Positions 8,034-16,699 of a stretch of DNA of 46,260 nucleotides are shown piece by piece (position 1 is the first letter of the stretch; every line of letters starts with the position of its first letter). Both the position numbers and the translations under genes were made by a program. The stretch spans positions 1 to 46,260 of the forward strand of contig JBQTGV010000093.1 in NCBI GenBank assembly GCA_052390515.1, given 5' to 3'. This DNA is from Candidatus Eiseniibacteriota bacterium. Its GTDB lineage: Bacteria > ARS69. The notes below the pieces were generated by a model. That model was not told the origin of the DNA. It made no database searches and saw nothing but the letters and a program-made list of their open reading frames with translations.

Positions 8034-9635
8034 TCAGCGCACCAGGACGAGCTTCCGGGCGACGCTCCGGCCGCCCGCTTCGAGTCGATAGACATAGACG
8101 CCGCTGGCGAGCCCACTCGCCCGCCAGGTCGTCCTGTGCTCTCCCGCCGCCACCTCTCCGTCCACCAGGCGTCGGACGAGCCTTCCCTGCACGTCGTACA
8201 GGGAGAGCGTCGCTCGTCCGGCGGCCGGTACACGGAACGAGATCTCGGAGATGCCGCGCACCGGATTCGGCACCGGTTCGCCCAGCAAGAGCCCACCGAG
8301 CCCGCCGGAGACTGCCGGCGCCCCGGTCGCGGGACCGAAGCCAGCCACGGCCAGCCCGTGTTGCAGGTCCGCGTTCTGCATGAAGCGGCTCCAAATGGAC
8401 CCGGTCAGGTAATTCTCGATCATCAGTACGATAGGCCCCTGGTCGATGCCCAGGTAGTCCGTGTCGTACCACGCCGCTGACGGATTGAAGGCGTCCTTGT
8501 ACCCGTAGGCGCCCCACAGCAGCGGGTAGTTGTCGTACATGTTGTGCAGCACCGGGATCACGACCTCCGGCGCGAAGGGGATCGAGCTGGCCGGCGCCGT
8601 CGGGGTGAGCGTGCCGTTGTCGGTTTGCGCCGGGGGGGCGCCGTGCGCGGCGTACCCCAGGAAGGGATCGTCCGAGGCGGTCAGGCCCCACAGATCGGCC
8701 CCGTATCCCGTGAATCCGCCCGGATTGGCGATGCAGTACTCGCGCTGGGCCAACGTCGCGCGTCGCGAGTTCTCGAAGTACGTGATCCCCTTGCTGGTCA
8801 TGTACAGGTCCTGCACGAGGCGGAAGTCGATCCAGCAGTGCGAGTACTGGTGCCCGAAGAGCGGCGGGAAGATCAAGTAGGTGTACCCGTACTGCGTTGA
8901 CCAGTTGTAGCCGCTCGTCCAGGTGAACCACATGCTCGACGCGCCGAGCGGCGGATGAGTCGGAGACCCGAACGCGAGCAGGTACATGATCATCGCCTCG
9001 TTGTAGCCGACCCACGTGCCGAATCCGGAGAAGCCGGTCTCCGGCTTCCACCCCATGCGGATGCCCACGCCGGAAGCGCGGGCGAACTCCCAGTCGGTGC
9101 GCCGGTAGAGTGAATCGGCCAGCGCGCGGACCTCGACGTCCAGGGAGTCCGCGGTCGAGAAGTACTGCTTCGCGTCCAGGACGCCGGCGAGCAGCAGCGC
9201 GGTATCGATGGTCGAGAGTTCGCTCGTCCAGGTCCGCGTGGCCGTGCTCATGTCCAGGAAGTGGTAGAAGAACCCTTTGTGGCCGATCGTGCCGCTCGTC
9301 GCCGTCCCTTGAGGACCGTTCCAGAACGTGTCGAGCGTGGTCAGCACGCGGTCGCGGCCGGCCTCACGCGTGATCCAGCCGTGGTCGATCGCCACGCAGA
9401 TCGCGGAGAGCCCGAATCCCACCGCCGCGATGCTGCACGGCGATCCCGGCGTGCTGCGGTCCTTGACCAACCCGTTCGCAGGGTTCGCCTCGGTCCAGAA
9501 GTACTGGAAGCCCTTGTACTGCAGGCTGTCCAGCAAAGCCGCCGTCTCCAGCGCGCGCGCTTCGCCCGTGGTGGCCGAGAGCGCCACGGTCAGCGTCCCC
9601 GCGGCGATCCACCGCCGTCCCGTTCCGGATCTCAC
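8034..9635 (-). CDS. GH144-like ('glucoamylase family') putative endo-beta-1,2-glucanase with FlgD/CTD domain
   Basis: GTG 9635 overlaps upstream stop (GTGA); 'GFFYHFLD', 'YNEAMIMYLLA.GSPTHP', 'PLFGHQYSH.WIDFR', 'YFENSRRAT', 'WGLTASD', 'LGIDQGPI..MIEN'; CTD ends RKLVLVR. Confidence 0.85.
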   Translation of the reverse strand: MRSGTGRRWIAAGTLTVALSATTGEARALETAALLDSLQYKGFQYFWTEANPANGLVKDRSTPGSPCSIAAVGFGLSAICVAIDHGWITREAGRDRVLTTLDTFWNGPQGTATSGTIGHKGFFYHFLDMSTATRTWTSELSTIDTALLLAGVLDAKQYFSTADSLDVEVRALADSLYRRTDWEFARASGVGIRMGWKPETGFSGFGTWVGYNEAMIMYLLAFGSPTHPPLGASSMWFTWTSGYNWSTQYGYTYLIFPPLFGHQYSHCWIDFRLVQDLYMTSKGITYFENSRRATLAQREYCIANPGGFTGYGADLWGLTASDDPFLGYAAHGAPPAQTDNGTLTPTAPASSIPFAPEVVIPVLHNMYDNYPLLWGAYGYKDAFNPSAAWYDTDYLGIDQGPIVLMIENYLTGSIWSRFMQNADLQHGLAVAGFGPATGAPAVSGGLGGLLLGEPVPNPVRGISEISFRVPAAGRATLSLYDVQGRLVRRLVDGEVAAGEHRTTWRASGLASGVYVYRLEAGGRSVARKLVLVR

Positions 9636-10705
9636 TCCTCGTCTCCTTCCCGCCGCTCCCGCTCCGCGTCCCTCTCCAGCTCCAGGGCCAGCGTCAGCCG
9701 ATGCGTGCCGTCCAGGTGGTCGTGGTTCGCCCAGGCGTAGTCCACGCGGAACTCCCGCTCGCCGAGGCCTCCGCGAAGTCCGGTACCGAAGGTCCAGCCG
9801 AGCTCCGAATCCTGCTGGAAGAGAGTCTGGTAGCCGGCGCGGAGTGCCAGCGCCTCGTTCCATGTCCACTCCACGCCCGTGTTCAGCGTCTCCGAGTTGT
9901 CCGCGGGGTGCAACGCGTCGAGCAGCACCAGCAAGCGGCTACCCGGGCTCGTCTCGTACGGAGCCGCCAACCCCACGCGGAACCCGATGGGCACCGGGAA
10001 CCGGTCGGTGAACTGCTCCGCGGGGAGCGCGCTGTTGTCGCCGAACGCGTCCGGATCGGCGTCGAACAGGATGGCCAGGTCCCTGCCGGAAAACTCCGAC
10101 CGCGTCCCCATGTTGGAGATGCACGAACCGATCCGGATGCCGCCCACACCGAGCTGGTAGACCGTGCCCACGTTGAACACCACGGTGGTCTGCACCGAGT
10201 GCCAGATCCGCTCGCGTACGTAGTCCACCTGCACGCCCGCCGCGAACCGGCTGGTGATGTGGCGCCCGAACCCCAGCCCGACGGCGACGTCGCCGACGGT
10301 GTAGCGCTCGCCGGTGCCGAGGGGACTCTCCACCGTGCGCACGTCGATCTCGCCCGAGCTCAGCGAGGTCAGGCTGCCGAACAGCGTGCCCCAGTTCGAC
10401 AGCGGCACCGCGACCGCCGCGTAGTCGTAGGAGATGTCCACGAACCACACCGCGTGCGTGAACTGCGCGGACGCGGCATCGAGCGCGCCGAGCGCGCCGG
10501 GATTGAAGTACACCGACTCGATGCCTTCGTACAGGCCCACCGCGGCGTTGCCCAGCGCCGCGGTGCGCGCGCTCGGTTCGATCCCCAGGAACTGCGCGAT
10601 GGTCGTCCCCGCCTTGCTCTGCGCCGCAGCCGGCGGCACCGCCACGAGCTCCGGCAGAACGAGGGCCGTGAGCAGGAACAGGATGCGCGTCGTTCGTCGG
10701 TTCAT
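9632..10705 (-). CDS. PorV/PorQ-family outer-membrane beta-barrel protein
   Basis: Signal peptide then 'GTTIAQFLGIEPSARTAALGNA...SVYFNPGAL', 'LALRAGY', 'RVDYAW'. Confidence 0.8.
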   Translation of the reverse strand: MNRRTTRILFLLTALVLPELVAVPPAAAQSKAGTTIAQFLGIEPSARTAALGNAAVGLYEGIESVYFNPGALGALDAASAQFTHAVWFVDISYDYAAVAVPLSNWGTLFGSLTSLSSGEIDVRTVESPLGTGERYTVGDVAVGLGFGRHITSRFAAGVQVDYVRERIWHSVQTTVVFNVGTVYQLGVGGIRIGSCISNMGTRSEFSGRDLAILFDADPDAFGDNSALPAEQFTDRFPVPIGFRVGLAAPYETSPGSRLLVLLDALHPADNSETLNTGVEWTWNEALALRAGYQTLFQQDSELGWTFGTGLRGGLGEREFRVDYAWANHDHLDGTHRLTLALELERDAERERREGDEE

Positions 10706-13700
10706 TTGATCACCGCGAACTTCCCGGTGGACGAGCCCATCGCCGCCGCCTCCACGTGGTAGATGTACAGGCCCGGCGCGAGATCGAGGTTGTCTTTGGT
10801 GCGCAGGTTCCAGGCCACGTACCCCTCGTTCGAACCGTCGTGCCGCAGCGTCTGGACCAGGTCCCCGCGGACGGTGTACACGCGGATCGTGCAGAGGCTG
10901 GGCAGCCCGCGGAACTCGATGCGGCGTTCGCCCCGCCCGGAGATGGCGAAGCGCTCCGGCTCGAAGCTGGCCGATCCCACGTACGGGTTGGGCACGACGT
11001 AGGGCGTGAACTCCGCGCGGGCCCTCGCACCGTCGATGCTCTCGCCCCGACTGGTGAACGTGAAGACGTCCGCCGCCCCGAGCGGCCGGACCAGCCGAAG
11101 CTCGAACACGTCACCGGCCCCCGGTGGGCTCGCCGGCACCGCCGCGCCGGCGGGCAGCTGGAAGCGCCACGTGGCCACGGAGTCCAGTCCGGCGTAGGTC
11201 ACGATGTCCACCAGCTCGTTCGGACGGTTGAGCAACCCGTCGATCGGCGCCACGTCGCGGAAGCGGAACTCGAGCTCGACGTCGCCTGTGTCCGTCTCCG
11301 CGTAGATCTTGAACTTCGCGGCCCGCGCCGGACTGATGGGGAACATGTCGATGGAGGAGTCCGCGAACACGTCCGAGAACACGATCTTCGCGTCGTTGGG
11401 GAATCCGGTCCGGCGCAGGTTGATGGACATCGGGACCGGGGTGGGGTCGAGGAAACTCGCCGTGTAGCGCGCGTCCGTCGTGGACGCGGCGGTGAAGCCG
11501 GTGCGCGTCGTGTCCACCGACACGGTGGCCGGCGTGTACACCACGGGCAGCAGGCCGGAGCCCACCGGACCGATGCCCTTGCCGTCCAGATCGCGGCCGG
11601 TCTCGAAGAGCAGGCTGCCTTCCGTTTCGTCGGTGAGCGCGTACGTCTCGGCGCGGATGCTGTCGGGCTGCGAGGCGAACGTGATCTCCATCAGGTGTCC
11701 GTCGGGCACGAGGTCGGAGTTCACCACCTCGACGGCCACCGTGCCGGTGCCGTCCCCCGCCACCTTCGTTGCCTCGCCCACACCCGCCGGCACCCAGCCG
11801 GCCACCTTCGGATTGGGCCGCACCGCCACGACGTTGGGCGGCGCCACCAGTCCGCCCCGAGGTGTGCGCGAGACCGCAATCGCGTTCTCCGAAGGATAGA
11901 AGTCGAACCGATCCGAACCGTGGTCGTAGGAAGTGACCGCGTAGTAGTAGAGCTGCCCGTTGGTGACGCCGTAGTCGGTCCAGGTGTGCACGATCCCGCT
12001 GTCCGTTCCCAGGAAGTACGACACCCCCTCCACGCTCTGATCGGAGAACCCGCTCCGGCCGTTCTCCAGGTCGAACTGCGCGAGCGGGCGACCGTTTCCG
12101 ATCGGACCCGATCCCGTCCCGGTGTTGATCACCTGCGGATCGCGGAACTCCGGATCCGTCGAGCGATACACGCGGTAGCCCTCGAAGTCCTGTTCGCCGG
12201 TCACGGGGTCGGCGCCCTGCTCGGAGTGGTCCGTCCACGACAGCCGCACGTACCCGTCGCCGGACTCGGCGGTCACGGTGGGCAGCGGCGGCGGGACGGC
12301 GAAGCGATAGTTCGCGTCGTAGATCTGCTGCACGGTTCGAACCGTGCGCCGCAACTCGCTCAGGTCCGCGCCATAGGCCAGCGCCAAGCTGAACCGTTCG
12401 CGCGCCCCGGCCTTCAGCTTGAACGGACCCGACGCGAAGAGGAACCCGATGTTGTAGTTCGAGGCGAGCGGCTCCCCGAACCGCACGGACGAGTCCGGAT
12501 CCGTGAACTGGTCGTAGAGTCGTTCCGGCCAGTTGTTGTTGTTGGTGAAGAACACGATGTCGTCGACGGCCGACTCGCTGCTTCCGGATCCGGGGCGAAT
12601 GCGGTTGATCTTGAATCCGGTCAACCCGATCTGGTCGGACTCGTTCAGGTCGGTGCGGCCGAAGCTGGGCTCGCCGTCCGTGGGCATTCCGTCGCTCTCG
12701 CCCGTGTCCCCGCTGTCCAGAAGTCCGTCGGCACCCGTGTCGTGCTGCGTCGCCACCCAGTCCATGTCCTCGTCGCCCGTCCACCACGCCTCTGCCACGT
12801 AGGCCGGGCGCTCCACCAGCGGCCCGTACGCGGCCTCGAACCGCGTCAGGTCGTAGTTCGCGCTCACGTAGCTCTGGATCGAGGGCTGTCCGAGAATGAG
12901 CGTTCCCGGATCGGAGCCTCGGGTCTCGTTGGTGATTCCGTCCTCGTCGTTGTCCACCAGATCGAGCGCGTTCCCGGGAGTCTCCAGGTAGGCGTAGCCC
13001 AGGTACCCGGTGCGGCCGCAGTTGCTGGAGAGGTCCCGCCCGTGCCCTTTCAGGTCCCAGGTGTACACGAGGTTGATCACATCCTGGTCGAACCTCCGAT
13101 CGAAGAAGGCGTTGTCGTCGTCCGACTCGAAGATGCCGTCGCAGGAGAGCGCCGAGCCGCCGACGCCGGAGTCCATGTACAGCCCGAAGATGATGTTGTC
13201 GTCGTAGTCCGTGGTTCCCTCGTTCACGATGTCGTAGTGCCAGAAGATGACGTTGCGCGCCTGCGGGTTGGACCACTGGAACCCGCGCACCTCGATGCGC
13301 AGGCCGAGCCCCTTGCGGGAGGGATCGCGGCTGTCCGGCTGGAAGTCCCATGCGTCGTAGATGTCGTCGTCCAGGACCATGTACGACTCCTGGTCGGCCA
13401 CGATCTGCTTCCCGAAGTACCCGTTCCAGCTTCCCGGCCAGCCGGGATCGTCGGGATCGTCGAGGCGGTCCGGCCACGAATCCGGCCACGTGCGCGGATC
13501 GTTGCTCACGGCCGGAGATCGCGCCGGGTTCAGCACCGGGCTGGGCTCGAAGTAGCCCGGGCGCGGCTCGAAGCGCATGTCCTTCGCCGTGGTCGGGCTG
13601 GGCGCTTGCCGCTCGCGGAACCCCGTCTCCATGATGTGCGACTCGACGCCGTTGCGCTGCATGATCTTGGCGAGCACGAAAGGCGTGATCCCGTCGCTGT

Positions 13701-14001
13701 AGTTCATGCCGCTGCCCTTGGGCACCTCCACCGAGTGGAACACGGAAAGGTCGACGCCGCCGGGGTCGGAGGGATAGTCGCCCACCATTCCGTAGTTCCA
13801 GAAGATCGTGCGGATGTTGCTGGCGTCGTGGAAGCCGGAGCGCTCCGCGTCGATGCGCCCGCGCTGGTCCTCCGGCACCGGAGTGGGTACGTCACCGCGG
13901 GCGCCGCCGGTCCACCCGGCCAGCAGCGCGCCGACGAACGCGGCCGCGATCGCTCGGCCGCGCCTCGCGCTCTGCGCCTCGAATCGCCGGCGACCCCTCA
14001 C
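10702..14001 (-). CDS. Large secreted protein (1099 aa) with acidic DxxxDG-type repeats, FN3-like region and C-terminal CTD
   Basis: Signal peptide; 'DNDEDGITNE', 'DFEGYRVYRS', 'NGQLYYYAVTSYD'; C-terminus 'YVVPNPY...IRVYTVRGDLV...WNLRTKDN...PGLYIYHV...GKFAVIK'. Confidence 0.8.
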   Translation of the reverse strand: MRGRRRFEAQSARRGRAIAAAFVGALLAGWTGGARGDVPTPVPEDQRGRIDAERSGFHDASNIRTIFWNYGMVGDYPSDPGGVDLSVFHSVEVPKGSGMNYSDGITPFVLAKIMQRNGVESHIMETGFRERQAPSPTTAKDMRFEPRPGYFEPSPVLNPARSPAVSNDPRTWPDSWPDRLDDPDDPGWPGSWNGYFGKQIVADQESYMVLDDDIYDAWDFQPDSRDPSRKGLGLRIEVRGFQWSNPQARNVIFWHYDIVNEGTTDYDDNIIFGLYMDSGVGGSALSCDGIFESDDDNAFFDRRFDQDVINLVYTWDLKGHGRDLSSNCGRTGYLGYAYLETPGNALDLVDNDEDGITNETRGSDPGTLILGQPSIQSYVSANYDLTRFEAAYGPLVERPAYVAEAWWTGDEDMDWVATQHDTGADGLLDSGDTGESDGMPTDGEPSFGRTDLNESDQIGLTGFKINRIRPGSGSSESAVDDIVFFTNNNNWPERLYDQFTDPDSSVRFGEPLASNYNIGFLFASGPFKLKAGARERFSLALAYGADLSELRRTVRTVQQIYDANYRFAVPPPLPTVTAESGDGYVRLSWTDHSEQGADPVTGEQDFEGYRVYRSTDPEFRDPQVINTGTGSGPIGNGRPLAQFDLENGRSGFSDQSVEGVSYFLGTDSGIVHTWTDYGVTNGQLYYYAVTSYDHGSDRFDFYPSENAIAVSRTPRGGLVAPPNVVAVRPNPKVAGWVPAGVGEATKVAGDGTGTVAVEVVNSDLVPDGHLMEITFASQPDSIRAETYALTDETEGSLLFETGRDLDGKGIGPVGSGLLPVVYTPATVSVDTTRTGFTAASTTDARYTASFLDPTPVPMSINLRRTGFPNDAKIVFSDVFADSSIDMFPISPARAAKFKIYAETDTGDVELEFRFRDVAPIDGLLNRPNELVDIVTYAGLDSVATWRFQLPAGAAVPASPPGAGDVFELRLVRPLGAADVFTFTSRGESIDGARARAEFTPYVVPNPYVGSASFEPERFAISGRGERRIEFRGLPSLCTIRVYTVRGDLVQTLRHDGSNEGYVAWNLRTKDNLDLAPGLYIYHVEAAAMGSSTGKFAVIK

Positions 14002-14002
14002 G

Positions 14003-16675
14003 CTAGCTCTCCTCCTCGGGTTCGGGGGAAGATCCGAATCGGATCCCCAACTCGATCCGGCGCGGCGCGTAGAAGCGCGTCGGATCCGCGAGGGACACCT
14101 TGTCGGCCTCGGGGAACCTCGAGTAGTACGGACTCCCCGTGCTGGGGAACACGAAGCCGTTGAAGAACGTCTCGTCCAAGGCGTTCAGCGCGCGGCCGAA
14201 CACGCTCACGTCCGAGCCCATCCACGTTCCCAGCTCCCGCTCCGCCCGCACGTCGAGGACCACGCCCACCGGCTTGCGGTCCGAGTTGGCGTCCAGGCCG
14301 AAGCCGAAGCCCGACTCCAGCGTCGGCGTGTACGGCTGTCCGCTGGCCACGCGGAGGACCGCGCTCGCCGAGTACGGCCCCGGCTCCGCCAGCGAAACCG
14401 TGGCGTTGAAGGTGTGTCGCTGGTCCCAGTTGAAGGGCACGAGCCGGGGGCGAGGATCCTCGCCCGCGGATGCGCGCGTGGCCGTCTCGCGCGGATCGCT
14501 GGCGTTCCCCAGCGCCTGCTGCCATGTGTAGTCGACCGCGACCGACAGCGCCCCGAACCGACGGTGGTCGAGCGCCAGCGTGACGCCGAAGACGCTCCCG
14601 AAGTCGACGTTGGTGAGGCGGGCGTACTCCGCGCCGTTGTACGTGGTGATGAACTCGACGCCGAGCAGATCACGGATGTCCTTGTAGAACGTGGTCACGT
14701 CGACACCGAAGTCCTCGCTCAGCGCCTGCTTGTAGCCGATCTCGTACTGCGTGGTCCGCTCCGGCTCCACGTCCGGATTCCCCATGACGCCGTAGTCGAC
14801 CGTCCCCGCCTGCAGGTCGTTCAGCACGGAGTAGTCCGCGTTCGTGAACATCGCCCCGATGGATGGGTACTGCCGGAAGTGCCCGTACGCGACGTGGATG
14901 GCGGCCTCGTCCCCGATCGGATAGGCCAGCCCGAGGCGCGGCGAGACCGACACCTTCCTGGACGTCTTGACCTGGGCGGACGGGGTCACACCGGCGATCG
15001 CGTTGGCGGGGTTGGACAGGTCTCCGGGGATCCACGCGCGCGCATCGAAGTAGTCGAGTCGGAGCCCGCCCCGCAGCCGGAAGTCGCTCCACTCCAGCTG
15101 GTTCTGGGCGAACCCGGCGAGGACCACCGGGCGATACTCCCGCGGTCCGGGGAAGTCCGGCGGCTCGTCCACGTGCCGGACCAACGTGAGCACGCCGTCC
15201 TCCGTCGTCTGGGTGAGGTGGCCGGGTGTCCCGAACGCCACTCGAGGGAGGTGCAGCTCGACGCCGGTCTTCACCTGCTGCGTGGAGGTCAGCTGGCTGA
15301 CGAGATTCGCCTTCGTCCGGATGCCGCGTGTCCGCTGCTCGAAGCGCGAGAAGCTGACGCCCTGCACGTACGCGCCCAGCTCGTAGGTCGGATCACCCAC
15401 CGGCGGTCCGGCTGCGTCGTACCGCGAATCGAACAGATCCTCGTACTTGTAGTCGTGGTACACGAAGTAGTCGTGGCGGAAGCTGGCCTCCACGAACGAG
15501 TCCTCGCTGAGGGTCTGGGTCAGATCGAAGCCGTGAATCGCCGCGAACCCGTGCTGTTCGGTCAGGCCGTCCGGGTTGAGCCGGAAGGCGTAGTTGGCGC
15601 CTCTCCCATCGAACTTCTCCAGCAGGGCCTGGTAGCTGAGCTTGGTCCGGGGCAGCGAGCTGTTGGTGATCTTGATCGCGCCGGACCACTCCCGGAGGAA
15701 ACCGAGCGGGAGCTCCTCGCCGTCGCCGGTGCCCGCGAAGACCTTGTTCTCGAAATCGGAAACGTCGGTGGGAACGAAGGTCCGCGTGCCGTAGACGTAG
15801 TCGTCGAAGTGGTAGTAACGGATGCTGGCGAGGTACACGGTATCGGAGACGGGAGCCGGGCCGCTCGCCGCGAACTGGTAGTTCTGGATGTCCCCCAGGT
15901 GGAGATCCGTGTCGGTCAGGCGATCGTCGTTGTCGGGAAACACGAAGCTCCCGCCGAAGACCTCGCCGCCCCACTCGAACTCGGACGAACCGTCCTTGAG
16001 CACCACGTTCACCACGCCGCTCATCGCCTGGCCGTACTCGGCGTCGAACGTCCCGCTGATGACCTGCACTTCCTGCAGCAGCGAGCGGTCCAGCGTGAGG
16101 CTCGCGCTGTTGTCGTACGGGTTGTTGATGCTGATCCCGTCCACCTGGTACTGGACCTCTCCGATCCTCCCACCGCGGAAGTGACCTTCGACCACGCCTG
16201 CCTGGAGGTTGACGACGTCCTCCAGCTCCTGCACGGGGAGCTTCTCGATCTCCTCGCGGTCCAGGCGGGCCATGCTGCTGGTGAGGCTCAAGTCCACCGG
16301 CGGGCGCTCCGCGGTGATGATCAGCTCCTCCGCTTCGATCGGCGCCACCCCGATCTCCAGGTCCAGCCACGTCGTGTTGTCAGCGGAGACGCTGACACCT
16401 CGAACCGTGAGCGTCTCGTAGCCGACGCGGCGGACCGTCACGTCGTAGGTGCCGGGAGGGATGCGTAGCACCGTGTACCTGCCGTCCTGCGCGGTGTTCG
16501 CGCCGAAAGGCTGGCCGACCAGCACGACGGTCGCCGCGTGCACGGGCCGCTTCTCGTCGTCCTGCACACGGCCGGTGAGCTTTCCGGTCGTGCCCGCCGG
16601 GGCGGACCCGGGAAGGAGCCCGCCCGCGGCGATCGCCAGCACGATCCCGACGCGATGCAGCCCGCTACACGGCAT
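14003..16675 (-). CDS. TonB-dependent receptor with N-terminal carboxypeptidase-regulatory-like domain
   Basis: 'GTTGKLTGRV.D', plug 'HFRGGR..EVQYQVDG', 'GTFDAEYGQAMSGVVN', 'SPRLGLAYPI', 'GNPDVEPERT..YE.G', 'PRRIELGIRF'. Confidence 0.92.
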   Translation of the reverse strand: MPCSGLHRVGIVLAIAAGGLLPGSAPAGTTGKLTGRVQDDEKRPVHAATVVLVGQPFGANTAQDGRYTVLRIPPGTYDVTVRRVGYETLTVRGVSVSADNTTWLDLEIGVAPIEAEELIITAERPPVDLSLTSSMARLDREEIEKLPVQELEDVVNLQAGVVEGHFRGGRIGEVQYQVDGISINNPYDNSASLTLDRSLLQEVQVISGTFDAEYGQAMSGVVNVVLKDGSSEFEWGGEVFGGSFVFPDNDDRLTDTDLHLGDIQNYQFAASGPAPVSDTVYLASIRYYHFDDYVYGTRTFVPTDVSDFENKVFAGTGDGEELPLGFLREWSGAIKITNSSLPRTKLSYQALLEKFDGRGANYAFRLNPDGLTEQHGFAAIHGFDLTQTLSEDSFVEASFRHDYFVYHDYKYEDLFDSRYDAAGPPVGDPTYELGAYVQGVSFSRFEQRTRGIRTKANLVSQLTSTQQVKTGVELHLPRVAFGTPGHLTQTTEDGVLTLVRHVDEPPDFPGPREYRPVVLAGFAQNQLEWSDFRLRGGLRLDYFDARAWIPGDLSNPANAIAGVTPSAQVKTSRKVSVSPRLGLAYPIGDEAAIHVAYGHFRQYPSIGAMFTNADYSVLNDLQAGTVDYGVMGNPDVEPERTTQYEIGYKQALSEDFGVDVTTFYKDIRDLLGVEFITTYNGAEYARLTNVDFGSVFGVTLALDHRRFGALSVAVDYTWQQALGNASDPRETATRASAGEDPRPRLVPFNWDQRHTFNATVSLAEPGPYSASAVLRVASGQPYTPTLESGFGFGLDANSDRKPVGVVLDVRAERELGTWMGSDVSVFGRALNALDETFFNGFVFPSTGSPYYSRFPEADKVSLADPTRFYAPRRIELGIRFGSSPEPEEES

Positions 16676-16699
16676 CCAGCCCCTCTCCCTTCTCCCGAA

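Noticed and set aside
10756-14163. 1135-aa plus-strand ORF, and similar long ORFs at 19746-23399, 13808-16468 and 2208-4349
   Set aside because: Antisense shadows of well-supported genes. High GC3 suppresses stops on the opposite strand; translations are R/V/G-rich with no motifs.
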